Positions 1 through 13,514 of a DNA stretch of 64,000 nucleotides are shown in pieces; positions within the stretch are counted from its first letter, which is position 1, and the number at the start of each line of letters is the position of its first letter. A program made the translations under genes and the position numbers. Source of the stretch: Lepidodermella squamata (taxonomy: Eukaryota; Animalia; Gastrotricha); contig JBLDXI010000032.1 in assembly GCA_047495785.1 (NCBI GenBank), positions 1,488,001-1,552,000 on the forward strand. Direction: 5' to 3'. Under the pieces are notes generated by a model, which searched no databases, was not told the origin of the DNA, and saw only the letters and a list, made by a program, of their open reading frames with translations.

Positions 1-3000
1 ATTTTTCAATTATTACACAGAACTCTTGGCATTCGTATTTATTAATAGGTAATGTGTTGTTATTAATAAATTTCGGCCCCAGCAGCAGAAAACGTGCGAT
101 GAGTTTGTCGTGGAGTAGCGAATAATTTTGAACACGCATCCTCGGCGTTGTATAGGTATATAAATACACAATATTAATAAATAATCGTATGAAAATCGCC
201 ACGCGCGCGAGTCGAAAAGGTGTTTTATGGCAGGGGCGCGGCGCGTCTCGCCACTGGCCAAAGGGCCAAAATTTCATCGGCGACGGCGGCAGCGGCGGCG
301 CTTGTAGTAGTATGCTTTTTAACTTTCGATGACCACACTCACGCGCACGGGAGAGATACGCCTGCTATAAAGTTATGTCGCTGTGCTGGCACTCGAGGTG
401 ATTTTTCGGCCACTCAATAATTTTACAGGCCCTACAGCGCCGGAGTAATCAAAGGTTGACCGCACGCGACGCCACGTCGGCTCGCCCTTTTCTTCACCAC
501 TTGTCTTGCATAACGAGCTGCTGTTAATCGCAAAAATAATTTTTCATCCATCTTATTATTTTTATTAAGCTGTTTTGCAAATTTGCGATTTCCTGTTTTG
601 AGCAAAAACAATCAGGCCTTAGTGTTTTTCATCGTGGCTAGTAATAAAAAGTCGGTAGTAGGTCACGACCTGTCTGCTGTGCGCGTGCCACGGTGAGTTG
701 CGGCTACTAATAAAATGAAGATGATGAGTCGTTTCTCATCTTTGCCCTCATCTTTTGTGACCGCGCGTAGATACACCCATTTTCGCGTCCATTCCGCTTG
801 TTGGTAGCTTACCAAGAATGATGATGATGATAATGTATCATTATTATCAAATTATGGAGCAGCCAGCAGCTTCTGTTGTTCAGGCTCCACTCGAACATAG
901 AGCTATAGCTAACAACAAGGAGGCTTTTTGCTCAACAGTCTGCTGGCGCATCTTCATCGTCGCCGTCGCCATTATGGTTATATAGTATATTTACTCCCCC
1001 TACTCCCCCTTGCACTATTATTATTATTTACTGCTTCACTCTCGGTTTTTATTACGGCTCGCCTCTGATTTCCTATCTGCCTCTCTCGCTCGACAATTAG
1101 TGAAAAATTTATAATAATGTTTGCGCCCTGGCGGTCATTGCCCGCCGCCTTAATCAAATTCCTTTTGTGTGAGTGAGACGACGGCTGGGTAGAGACAATG
1201 CGCGGCGCATCTTCTCGAGAATCAAAAGTTCACATCGGCGTTATAATCTAGTTTCCTCGCCCTATATCTTGTCATCATCGCGTATTATTTGCCGAACTTG
1301 GCTAAACGTTTCGCCCTCATCATCAGTAGTGCACTGCTCGAGTCAACAGTCGGCCGAAATTTTCTAGGAGGCTGAAAAATTTCAATTTTCGCTATTTATT
1401 TGTTAATTGTTTATAAGATGTCGCTTAATAATTTTGCTGCGCGCTGCTAATACTTGACGGCGTAAATAATAATAACAATAAATGATTTTTATTTATTTAT
1501 TTTGCCGTCTTATTGTGGTGAGAAAAAATCGACTAATAAAGAAAGCGCTCACTTACCTAATATTTGTTGTTATTGCTCAGCTATTTTTGTGCACCTGTAT
1601 ATTTGCCACACCCCAATTTTTCGCGGAAAACACTTAAGCGCCTGATTAAGTTTAGCGCCTAGCGTAATGACCCAGATTTGAATTTTTGCTATTTTACGAA
1701 ACCTCTAGATCGACCATTGTTATAGTATACCCGTTTTAAAATTTTATGATCGCTCGGTTGAGTAAAAAAATCTCCATTGTTAACCCCTATTGATCGCTGC
1801 TTAGCGGCACCAATCTAGTGCCTGGGGCTTGATTTAATGTCGGTGCCAGTTTTTTTTGGTAGCTATAGATCGACTTGAGGTGAAAGTTGTTCAACAATGT
1901 AGCAGCGTCTTTATTATCGCCTTCGGTGACGTTATTTGTCATTCGATAGCGTTTTGTATACATTGGTATTAAATTAATTTTCTTGCACTGCTGGAATAAC
2001 ACAACGCGACATTTTATGGCGCGCACCTGTTCGCGCTTCGGAATGCGAAAAATATATTATTACGCGCTTTTATTTGCTCGATTTTTTCGCGCGCGCGCTA
2101 AATTCTCGGCGCCCAAGCATGCGCATCTCGCGACCTAATTTGCATAACGGCACTAAATATTTTTGCGAGTGCACCCGTGCGAGCTCGAGGTCAGTTAACA
2201 CGTTCGATTTCATGCTCACTTCATTTCTTAAAAGGTAAACATAGTGTTGTAAAGCGTTTTAGAGCCTTCGGCGGTGGTAGTGGTTTGAACTTGTTTTACG
2301 ACTTTTGTCGCCTCGCGTCGAAAATGATTAACTTGAGCATCAGTGGAACGACGACGCTTTCTTGAACTTGTGCGCTGTCTACTGCAAATAAAAACAACCA
2401 CAGCTCGGAATTTTTAATAAAAATAATAAAGCTCCATTTCGCGCGCGCGATAGATAACGCGTTTATTGTTATTCCAATTATACTTGTATAATATTTGACT
2501 GGTTTGTTTATGCTGTATAAAACTCTTGACGTTTCTCAGTTGACGATATGAAGAGAGAGAGGCTGCGGATTATTCGCGCTCTTCGCCCTGGTTTTTCATT
2601 ACTATTACTACCTACTATTATATTACCATTATTTCTCGGCACTTGGCGCGTTATAGGATCAAAAACAAAACATGCCGCTTGGTATTTTTGCAAACAATAC
2701 ACTTACATTGGTCGTGGTGTCGTATGACAATTGTGACTGCGAAGAAATCCGCCCTGTGCGAACTACCTGGCTTTGTAATCCGTCTTTCGACTCGAGTGTT
2801 TTTCACTCGGCAGCTCATCTCCTCAGCGTAATCAGCAAAACAAAGCTCAAGATCGAGTCTTACCTCAATGTCAAACGACTTTCCCAGCCTTGAAAAAAGC
2901 CAGCTTAACTTTCGAAACCTCAATCATCTTTTTTTGTACTTCTTTCGGATCATCCAGCTTTCATCCATCCTAATTCTTGCCGCACTTGACCCAGTGCGTT

Positions 3001-4503
3001 ATGACGATCGATTGATTCGATGTGTTTATCGTTTAATTTTCATTGTCTTTCGCTGTCTGCTCCGACTTTTTGCCAATTATAAGGCGTATATTATCGGCTC
3101 TCGTCACGCTCGATTAATAATTAAGATAAACTTACCTGTGTGTTTTTGCCATTTAGATTTGCCGAGTGATGAGATGATTGATCACACAACTTGTGCGGGC
3201 CCAATAACAATTTTTGGGTATTGCTCCAATATTATTACTATCAGGCAAACGGCGGGTTGTTTTTACTCTTAAGAGGCTGACTTGTATAGTGGCACAGGTC
3301 TGTCTGATTAAACTCATCCCCTACTCATCCGTCTTAATAACCCGCCATAAAGATGAACAGATCACGTCATGTTATAGGAAGGCGCTTATCCAAGAACTTG
3401 AACCGGCTCTCTCGATATCGATATTGATGAACGCAAAGTATACGCCCTCTATTCACGTGGTGTTAGATTGATTGATATATTATGCACAGGGTGCACATGC
3501 ACAATAGTCTATTGTGCGCATCCTACACTTCAGACAACAACGTGTCTGATCATTTTCACCCGCTTTATAATTGCTACTTGATTGCCTGTTTATTTTCGCG
3601 GTGGATGCTCACTTGAACCAGCCGGGGCGGAACTGCGCGCCTGGTCAATTCGGTGCGCGCGCACGCATCGATATAAGCGCGTGCGAAATAGATAGCAATT
3701 TATTCATCTCAGACAACATGCGCTAAACTAGTATAAATAACTAATAAATGAACTTATTACATCGTCAAGTCTCGATAGCGCCACCCGTTTATTATATCAT
3801 CATAATAGCGCATTGTCTAGGCGCGGTGCATCGAAGCGCGAAAACTGACTTTGATATTATGTAAGACTAATATCTAAAAACCGCGCCTTCTTAAAAATCT
3901 CTGTTTTATTTACCTATTATGTCACACATTCATTCACTCATTCATCACGCAGTTATACCGATTGATTGTTGTTTTTATACCCCCTGCTTAGTAGTAGTTG
4001 GCCGGGTAATAAATAATCGGTGCACATGTTGGCGTTGGCGGCGGCATCAACCTGGTACCAGAAAGATTTTCATCACTATACTTCGCGCGTAATCTAGTCT
4101 TTTATCAGGCCTATCAATATTATTTTTGGTGGCGCGCCTGATTGCGGAGACGTGCGTGTTCGGGCCAATTTTCATTGCACCTATCAACAAAAAATAACAC
4201 GCGAATTCGCGGCATGGTGCAAGGCAATTTGTTAAAACCGTGTTTTCTATTACAATCTATAAATCAAACCTGTCTCAACTCTTATTCGCTCATTTTCATC
4301 AGCGACCGCCTTAATAACGTATTTTTTCTTTTCTATAGCGTTTTTATTGTTCATACGTGATGTTAAAGCAATTAATTTGATGCTCCCGATCGGCTGAGCA
4401 GAAAAAAAGCCATTGCATAAAAAGTATTATCGGACTGTCAATCAAATTCGGATATAATATCAAAAAATCGTAGTAATTTTTCGGTGTTTTTCTACACGGT
4501 AAA

Positions 4504-6913
4504 ATGTCATCGTCGTCAATGCTAATCATCGCTGCCCTGTTTGTTATTACGCCGTCTATCGAAGCGAGGCGGCCAACCTGTGACAGAAGTCTGCTTTCAA
4601 TTTGCTACAACCAGGTACGTAAATTTAAATTTAGATTAAAAAATCCAGCTCAATTTTAAAAATTTGCAAAAATTTGCATATTTTTTCATTTTTTCATAGC
4701 TCCAACCGTTCTTTCTAACCAACAACTTGCGGCTTGTGCTAAGAGGCACATTGCAAAATCTACCTCAACGTGCACCGATAACTGTTACGGGGAACAAACA
4801 CGGCCGATCTCAGGCGTCCGCGCCAGCCATACCTTTGACTCGAATTTTCGCTGAATTTCGCGAATTCTGCGATTTATACACCACGTTTTCGGAGTGTCTC
4901 GAGGCGCACGATGCGCTCGGTTGCATGGAGGCTGACTTGATTGGAGACTTGAACAGTGTTGTGTTGACTGTTCAGCGGCGTGATCGGTCGCAACAGTCGC
5001 AGCATCCCCTGGCGCAATCGCCGGCTGATCTTATCCGCGATTTCGATCACTACCGCCGATTGGCGAACAGTTACTGCGTCGAAACGCCTGAAAATACGAA
5101 AATTCATATTGTCAGGTAAATTGATGAAATTATGAATTGAACCTATCCTTGTGCCGTTAGCCGATTTTGGTAACCTTAGACCTTAGTCATTCAGCGACTG
5201 ATTCATGTCCCTTAAGTAAATTTAAACTATTGGTGGCAAAGCTAGATTTTAGGAAAATGTCAGTTCCAAAAATTGTGTTGGTCAATTATTACTTCGGATT
5301 TACTTTGAAAGAAATTAACCAACTCCTGTTTTGTCTTGTCGTCAATCAGTTGAAAATCACAGAAATCCGGATTACAAAAATCTGGAAAAATACCGAAAAT
5401 TACCGAACCAGTTACCATCATGGTTTACCGGATTCTTTCCGGTAATTTTTTTAATTTTGTTTGTAAATTTGCGGATAAAGAATGGTATGTTTTTCCGATA
5501 GGTTTAGTTTCGAAACATTGATAGAATTTCTTACAAAGATGATTGCGCAACTTATGGGACACGCTGTAAGGCGGTCATCTTTTACTCGATTTTTTCGCGA
5601 CCTAGTGCATTTTTATCATTTCTTTATCATTTAGGAAAAATTTCCTTGAAACCTTAATTTTTTTGTAAAGTCGCCCGCGATCAAGAATAACTACGATAGG
5701 GCAATGAACCCAATGCTAGGTTCACAATTTCCCATTCTGGTTCTCGTCTTGGGAGAGCTCGAGAAGCTAATTTTTTACTTTTTCTGAGGCCACGGGATAT
5801 CGGAGAGAGCGAGAATCTGGGGCCCTCTAGTTAGGCACTCTCCTCGTTTTTATTCCTTCTTCAATTGCCTGTAAATACATGTTTATTGGCCCGAAATGGA
5901 CCGTTGTGCCCGCCTTCCTGCTTTCAAATTTGGCAAACCCAAGATTTCGAATCCAAGCAATTTTCTTTAATTTCAACTGTAAAATGATATGAGGAACCTT
6001 GTTTTAACTGAAATTCTTATTTATTGTTTTATCAATAGATGCTTAGCGCACGCTTTCGCTGCAGCCTCGCCAACTTTAGAGACCAGCAAAGGTCCAAACT
6101 GGGCCGACTCGCAGTTAATGTACGTCGACGGTTCCGCGGCATCGCTCACCGGCCAAGCCGCCGCAACGTGCACGCGCTGGCTACGTCAAAGCCAAGCGCC
6201 GTTACTGCAGGCGTTTTTTAAGCAGGAAGGCTGCGGCGAGCATTTGCCAACCGCCCTGCGATTGAGCTCATTCCTCTCCGAAATGACAATGCGAACGACT
6301 AATGCAACAGAATCAGCTGCATTGCCGAAATATGGCATTTGTGCTCGCCACGTTTCGCCTCGGATTTTCGAGGGAATTATTAACGAAACTTATCAAAATG
6401 TAAATGCGCCGATGCCGACTGATCCGCCACCCGCGAAGTCGCCGATTTCTGTCGAGGAACTGCTTTTACCGGCGAAATCGCCGAAAAATTCAGCTGGTTC
6501 GTTCCCGATTTTGTCGATAGCTGAGTCGACGCGAGGTCCGAATAGCAAAAATATCGACTATCCATGGCTTCGTGAGACTACTAATGAGATCAATTACGGT
6601 TAGTCGGAAAAAAATCTAAAATTTAAAAATTTAAGGAGGATTTTATATTTTTCAAAATGATCAAATTTTGATTTTTATAGGCGATCAATCGACGATCAAC
6701 GGCGATACATCGGTAGCGGGGGCTGAGGAAGATCTCAGTGAAGACGATGAAGCGGCGAATTATGATGACGGCAATGTTTTAGGTGTCTCAATGATGATGG
6801 CTGACTCGCCTCAGGGTCTCAACGAACCGTCGGCTGATCTGCAGCGATCATCCGGCGATCAGCTCACTGCAACTTCAATAGTCATTCTCATCAGCGCATT
6901 CGTGTTACTATGA
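4504..6913 (+). CDS. Orphan secreted, probably GPI-anchored, Cys-containing protein (4 exons)
   Basis: Exons 4504-4614, 4700-5115, 6039-6598 and 6681-6913 join through GT-AG introns with matching phases (0,2,1). N-terminal signal peptide MSSSSMLIIAALFVITPSIEA, an acidic stalk, and a hydrophobic C-terminus (TSIVILISAFVLL*) with no cytoplasmic tail. No family recognised. Confidence 0.75.
5200..5566. mobile_element. MITE family copy 1 (intronic; left end approximate and degenerate)
   Basis: The right end TTGCGCAACTTATGGGACACGCTG (to 5566) matches the inverted repeat of the element at 22051-22404. Positions 5387-5419 are identical to the reverse complement of 22213-22245. Confidence 0.65.
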
Positions 6914-8792
6914 ATATATAACAAAAACAAATCGGCCCGTTTTCATAATGATATCTGTTACGACCATCCTCGATATTCACATCATTTTTTCTGTGTATAT
7001 TTTGGTGCCATATAAAAATTGACAATAACATCATTGATCTTCGACATAACGCTTGTGTAAAAATCATTTTTTGTTCGATGCGAAAGAAAATATTCATAAT
7101 TATTTGATATTAAAAAAACTGATTATTTCTGATAAAAAAAACTTATCGAAATTACTCATCCTTCATGGCACAATGGAAAAAATGTACAGAATCTTCGAAT
7201 GACTTGTCATGTTGTTTTCTTTTCTCTGCTGTCATCAAAATGCATCGCGAAATGTTATGAAATTAGTTATCTCGTTGGATTGCGAACGCTGTAAATATTT
7301 CTATGAATCTCTTATAGCTGTTTAATTACTCAAATTTATTGAAATTATTCGTCAATAATAATTTATATATCGCATATAATTCTTGAACGAAAATTATTAC
7401 TATCGCGCTATTACATAATTTTAAAATTTATATGAGCGACAAATTGAGAGAGAAAACAGACTGAAATTGGAACAAAAATAAAAGCGAAAAAATTGAAATG
7501 AGAACCAATTTGTTTTATCAGGAAATTCCAATGTCCGTTGCCACAGCTGAATAATATCGAATAACAAAGGCTGCGGAAGTACTATTTTTATCAATTAAAA
7601 ATTTAATAGGTAAGCGGCGAGCGTGCGATCATGAGCAACCGCCGGCTTTGAATGCTAAATAAAATAAATATGCGATTTGAATCGCCACCTATCACCGAGT
7701 TAGGAAGCTGCTTATTTGTATGAAAATCAGAATTTTTCGACATATTTGATTCCATGAAGCCTAATGGTCAATTTTGTTTGCTTTGGCCCGTTTAGCGAGG
7801 TCCGACAGTGGCCTCGCACCTCGTGCCCACACCATAGTTACGCGGCGACCAATTTCAGCCGCTATTTGTGTGCGTATTATCTATCCACAAGCGATCGACC
7901 ACCTGAAGCCGCCTCACGACAGTAGTAATACTAGACTATGCTTAATACTAATCGCTACATATTGGATGGAAGTACGACGGCATTTCTCATGCGTTATGCC
8001 CAAAGCATTATTATTTGTAGTATATGCGCTCGAAGACAAACAAAGGCCGATCTTTTGGCGCGGGGAGAGCCCCGCTGTTATTCCATATACACGCGCAGGT
8101 ATGCGACTAAGAATAGGATATAAAGGGCGAGGCTTGTTTCGCCATGAAACGCTGATGGCTGTACATAACGTTTAGCTTGTCTTCATAGTGTGTAGGACAG
8201 TCGTATTCCAGATTATAGTATAGGCACGATGAACAGCGGCTTTAGTTGTTAGGTATCACAGGGAAGCTAATTTATTCGCAGGCCACCATCTGAAGTCTAG
8301 TCATAAGTTGGCAGCATAACTTCACAGCAGGTTGTGTCTGGTAACAGCCTTAACACACCTATACCACCTTCTGTTGCCGCGTCAACGTAACCGAGGTAAA
8401 CAGTTGTATCGTGAAATTTGAAAAATATGGAATCAGCCATTGTCAACCGATTTTTCTATCTAATTTCTTTCCTTGAAAATATGTTTCTTCAATTTATTAC
8501 AATTCTTAGGCGATCATCTCGCATTTTTTATTGCGAACTTTGAATATCGTCATTAAAATCGAAATCATATTTGAAAATTATGGCCGGACAATTTCTGATT
8601 ACAACATTTTTATGAACACAATATTATTACGGCCATTTTGTATGAAAAAATCCAACACGAGATGTGGTGCTTTTCTTTGGTATGAAATTGTCCCTTTATA
8701 TGATTGGTAAATTTACCAGTCATTATGCAAATATTTCCTAATCGCCTTACCTTGACACTCAAATTCAAATTTCAAAGGAAAATCTTACGGCG

Positions 8793-8928
8793 GTACCAAA
8801 TTTCATTCAATACATACCAAACCATTTTATTCGATTATTTGCCTAACTGGTTAGGGTTAGGGTTAGGTTAGGGTTAAAGGCTGGGTCTTAAAATTGGGGA
8901 CTTGAAACTGATTGGAATATTTTGGTAC
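8793..8928. repeat. Small inverted-repeat element containing interstitial telomeric (TTAGGG)n
   Basis: TTAGGG TTAGGG TTAGG TTAGGG at 8851-8873, bracketed by GTACCAAA (8793-8800) and TTTGGTAC (8921-8928). Confidence 0.55.
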
Positions 8929-9236
8929 AGAATTCAACGATTTGACTTGATTTGACTTGATTTCCCAATTTAAAAAAAATTGTTCTTTGCCTCGAATTTT
9001 TTAATAACTTGGCACGGAAAATCTTTTGACTTTGATTTCGGTTTCAAATTGTTAAGATCCAATAATTCATAGAACCCGAAGATCCATTTTTTATAACTTC
9101 TGCTGCTAGATGTTACGCAATACGACCCAATTATGATTTCAGAAAATTATCAATAATTTCATTTCAACTTTTCAATGTTTCTAGCGTTAAAATTGTGAAA
9201 GGTTATGAACTAATACTCTATCGACAAGGTGCTGCT

Positions 9237-10877
9237 ATGGTTAGGCTAAGTTTACGCTACCTCTACCGGACAATGTCATCCGGCGTCATGCAATTCATCG
9301 ACCGCCGGCCGAATCTAGCCAACGTCGAAGTCGGCCAAGGCGTCATGCTCAAAGAGCATCGGCCCCAGAACCACATGGCTGGTCACAACAACGGCCTACT
9401 CGGCGCCTCGTCATGCATGTCCCCACCCGACCGAACCCAGACGTCGTGCTTCACGCTTCGAAAGGCCATTTCAATCGCGCCCTACCTACTCTGCTTCATC
9501 GCTGGAGTGCTGCTGTCAAGCGGGCTTATGCTTCACTACGACTCGGTTAAACCATGCGGGAAAAGCCTGGCGGACACCCTGCTGTATGTCGTGGCTAATG
9601 TGACAAAAACAACGTGGGACATTTCGTCGAGTAAATACGTCATCCAGTGCCCGGACCATCCGCCGAATTTTGTCGGAAAACTGCGATTTCCCCTCGAGAA
9701 AACGCCGACTTTCGAAGAAATCAACAAAATGTACGTTGGGACTTTCATCAAAGACCCGGCGATCGGGGGCCATTTCAAACCGAGCTGGTGCCAGGCTACC
9801 AGCCGAGTTGCCGTTATAGTGCCGTATCGCAATCGGGAGGATAATTTACGAAATTTCCTATACTACATGCATCGCATTATGCAGCGGCAGCTGTTGGACT
9901 ATGCGATTTTTGTCGTCGAGCAAGCCGGGCCTGACACGACGCGTTTTAATCGCGGCCTCCTGCTGAACGTCGGCTTCAACGAGGCGATGAAGGCGTATGG
10001 GTTCGATTGTGTCATATATTACGACGTTGATAAAATTCCGGAGGATGATCGCAATTCGCATGCTTGCCCGCGATTGGGACACGTTCGACACATGGCTGCT
10101 TACCAACATCGCTTTGAACGGATGTGAGTCAAATTTTAATTTTAGATAATTAAAATTTTAAATTGAAATCTTGCAAATTTGGGAAATTCATAATTTATTT
10201 AAAAAATCAATTTTATTCCTTACTTACCTTATTTTTAGGAAATTTCGCGATGATTATTTTGGAGGTGTTCTCGCATTGACCTCGAAAGATATCGAAGCAA
10301 TTAACGGTCTGAGCAATGTCTTTTTCGGCTATGGTTATGAAGATGACGAGTTCTTGCAAAGGTACAGCGAATTTTGTTCTCCATCAACCTTATTCAAATA
10401 TTTTTCTGTTTAGGATTAAATTAGGAAATTTGACCATCTACCGTGAACATCCTATGTTGACTAAATATTGGAATCTTGAGCATGAAGGTGATGGCACGCT
10501 GTTCCCGAAATTCGATTGGAACCATGAGAAGTAAGCTGGAAAAAATATTTCGCCTCTTATAGATTTTAAACTGTTTTTTTCGATTCTCAGCCAAAAACTG
10601 CTGAGTAACACTCCTGAAAGGATGCGGGTCGATGGGCTGAACAGTGTCGGTTATAACAGCATCAACATAATGAAAAAGCCAACTTATACTCACATTGTCG
10701 TGAATGTCTCGGAAAAAGCGGCATTATCGGTATGTTTTCATTTGAATTTTAGCCGAATAAATCTTTTAATTTAACGATTTTTAATATTAGGGATTGCTCA
10801 AGAAAGACCCGTCGATGTATCGATATGTCGCCGATGTCTTCAACATTAAGACGGACGAGATTTCAACGGCGTTGTGA
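9237..10877 (+). CDS. Glycosyltransferase family 7 (beta-1,4-galactosyltransferase-like), type II membrane, 5 exons
   Basis: Motifs VAVIVPYRNR, FNRGLLLNVGF, DVD, YFGGV, GYEDDE and DGLNS. Exons 9237-10123, 10239-10361, 10414-10530, 10591-10729 and 10791-10877 are phase-consistent. The start could instead be the ATG at 9273. Confidence 0.9.
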
Positions 10878-11797
10878 ATCGAAAAGTTGTGGTTGTCACC
10901 CTAGCTCAGTCACATGCAAAATCCTCAATGCGACAAAGTTGTGCTTTGTGATATATTCTACTTTGAATAATAATTGAAACAATTGGTTACTTATTATACC
11001 CTCAACAATTTTTTACCAAAAAAACGCAATGAAATAAACTTGTTTATCAACTTTTTAAAATCGTAACTTTTGACTTATTGGAACAAAGCTATCGATAGTG
11101 GATTTATTATCGATATTCCAGTGAATTGAGAATCACAGCCAGAAATTCCAAGTAAGGTTCTGTCGAATCGATTGGGCTCATAGAGAACAGAGGAACAAGT
11201 GAGGAATCTCTTGCTGGAAACTTGAAACATTACTTCGAAGCGGTTTTCTTTGTTGGAATTGTTCTCAAAATTTATCGCGCAAAACCACCAATTTTCGGTC
11301 AACTTTTTCTCCGGGTGTACTACTTCGAACTGAAGTCTTTATCCAGCAAATTCCTCCAGAAATTCTATGGCAAATAGTCCTGGCCTTACCATACAAAGTT
11401 CAGAAAAAATACAACAATTCCTGAAGCTGAAAAACGGAGCGAAAATTTACGCAAAATAGCTCATTTTCGATAAAAAAAAAAATTGTGTCGTACGGTGTCG
11501 CCAATTTTTGTGGGGAAAAAGCTTCAAACTGATTTCCATCAAAGGAAAGATCCGCCCAAATGAAATGTCACGAAAATCGCCAAAAGAATAAAGACGTTTC
11601 CTCTCTTGTTCTCGTTCTCTATGGCTGCTTTTTTCAGGAAAATGGTTCGATTCAGGATTTATGTGGATTTTTCGCGATGCTGCCAACTTCAAAAATAAAA
11701 AATTGATTGCTCGATGCCACGAGTCAGTTGCATTTTATTTTACTTTCCAATTTAATTAAGAGCAAATCATTCAATTAACACTGTTGCAACAACTTGT

Positions 11798-11813
11798 GGC
11801 CCTGAAAAGGGCC
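11798..11813 (-). terminator. Histone mRNA 3' stem-loop of H3
   Basis: GGCCCT-TTTC-AGGGCC on the minus strand, 41 nt after the H3 stop codon, followed by ACAA. Confidence 0.95.
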
Positions 11814-11854
11814 GGTCGGTGTGAGATCTTCGGTGGAAATTGGCTTTGATCTGC

Positions 11855-12286
<432 letters not shown>

Positions 12287-12346
12287 TTAAGATTGAAAAA
12301 GCAAATGCAATTCAAATTGTAAAACCGACAAATGAAACACGTGCAG

Positions 12347-12422
12347 TTTGAATTTGCATGCGTTTGTTGTGGCGGGAAAACGCAGCCAATAAAAGTGTGC
12401 GTAATTATTAGTGTCAGCCAAT
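12347..12422. promoter_or_regulatory. Bidirectional H3/H4 promoter with cell-cycle-type motifs
   Basis: TTTGAA (CHR-like) 12347-12352, octamer ATTTGCAT 12352-12359, E2F-type GGCGGGAAAA 12371-12380, and CCAAT boxes at 12386 and 12418. Motif match only. Confidence 0.55.
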
Positions 12423-12497
12423 AAACATGCGCGCACGATTATTAGCACGTAAAAGAAACGGTCACTCCAGGCAAAAACCGTTAGTGGCTTAATTTGA

Positions 12498-12845
<348 letters not shown>

Positions 12846-12895
12846 GATCCTCAACTCGACGACTGCTCTTAACATCAGCATCATCAGCCCTAACC

Positions 12896-12911
12896 GGCCC
12901 TTTTCAGGGCC
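12896..12911 (+). terminator. Histone mRNA 3' stem-loop of H4
   Basis: GGCCCT-TTTC-AGGGCC followed by ACAA. Confidence 0.95.
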
Positions 12912-13514
12912 ACAAGTTGTTGCAATAGTGTAAAGAGTCTCGCAAAATAAATAATAATAAATAATAAATCAAGAAATTAATTTAAATTATTGTCTCCTGT
13001 TTTGTATAGTTGCTGCCAGGTTTGATTCAAAAGGTACGGATTATTACCAAAACCGGCCATGTAATAACGTGAAAAATGCCCTTGGATGTGATTTATTATC
13101 CAAACAGTCATACATCTAAGAGCAAGTGTCTGATTTAATTCGTGCAGAAAATCGGTTGAAAAATGACAATTTCTTTCAATCGTTGTAAAAACTATTGTCA
13201 ACGGATTAATTTCCCGTAGCGAATCGGGTTGCTTGTTGGTGCCCGCGGAGGAATCCCGAAATTCTTCGTTGAATTCATCAAAAAGAATTCATCAACCTGC
13301 CCCAGTCAATCCTACCGACATTGTCATCTCAGTAATTAAGGACTCGTGCAAAAAATTAACGTTTCTCATCATTTAGGTAGATTGTATTTTATTACTGAGA
13401 TCATTGTACATTTTAAATGGATACGTAACAGTAATTATGAATGATCGAGATTTTCTACACAACGAGCAACATAGTCGCTTTATGGCGACAGTTGGTTTAG
13501 TTGGCTGGGAAATT

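Noticed and set aside
2508-3471. Cluster of 60-134 aa ORFs on both strands
   Set aside because: No motifs, no consistent splice chain and non-protein-like composition.
7774-8175. 133-aa ORF
   Set aside because: Non-ATG start, with no domain or splice support.
8851-8873. TTAGGG run as a true telomere or fusion site
   Set aside because: Only about four units, in a single orientation, internal to a gene-rich region.
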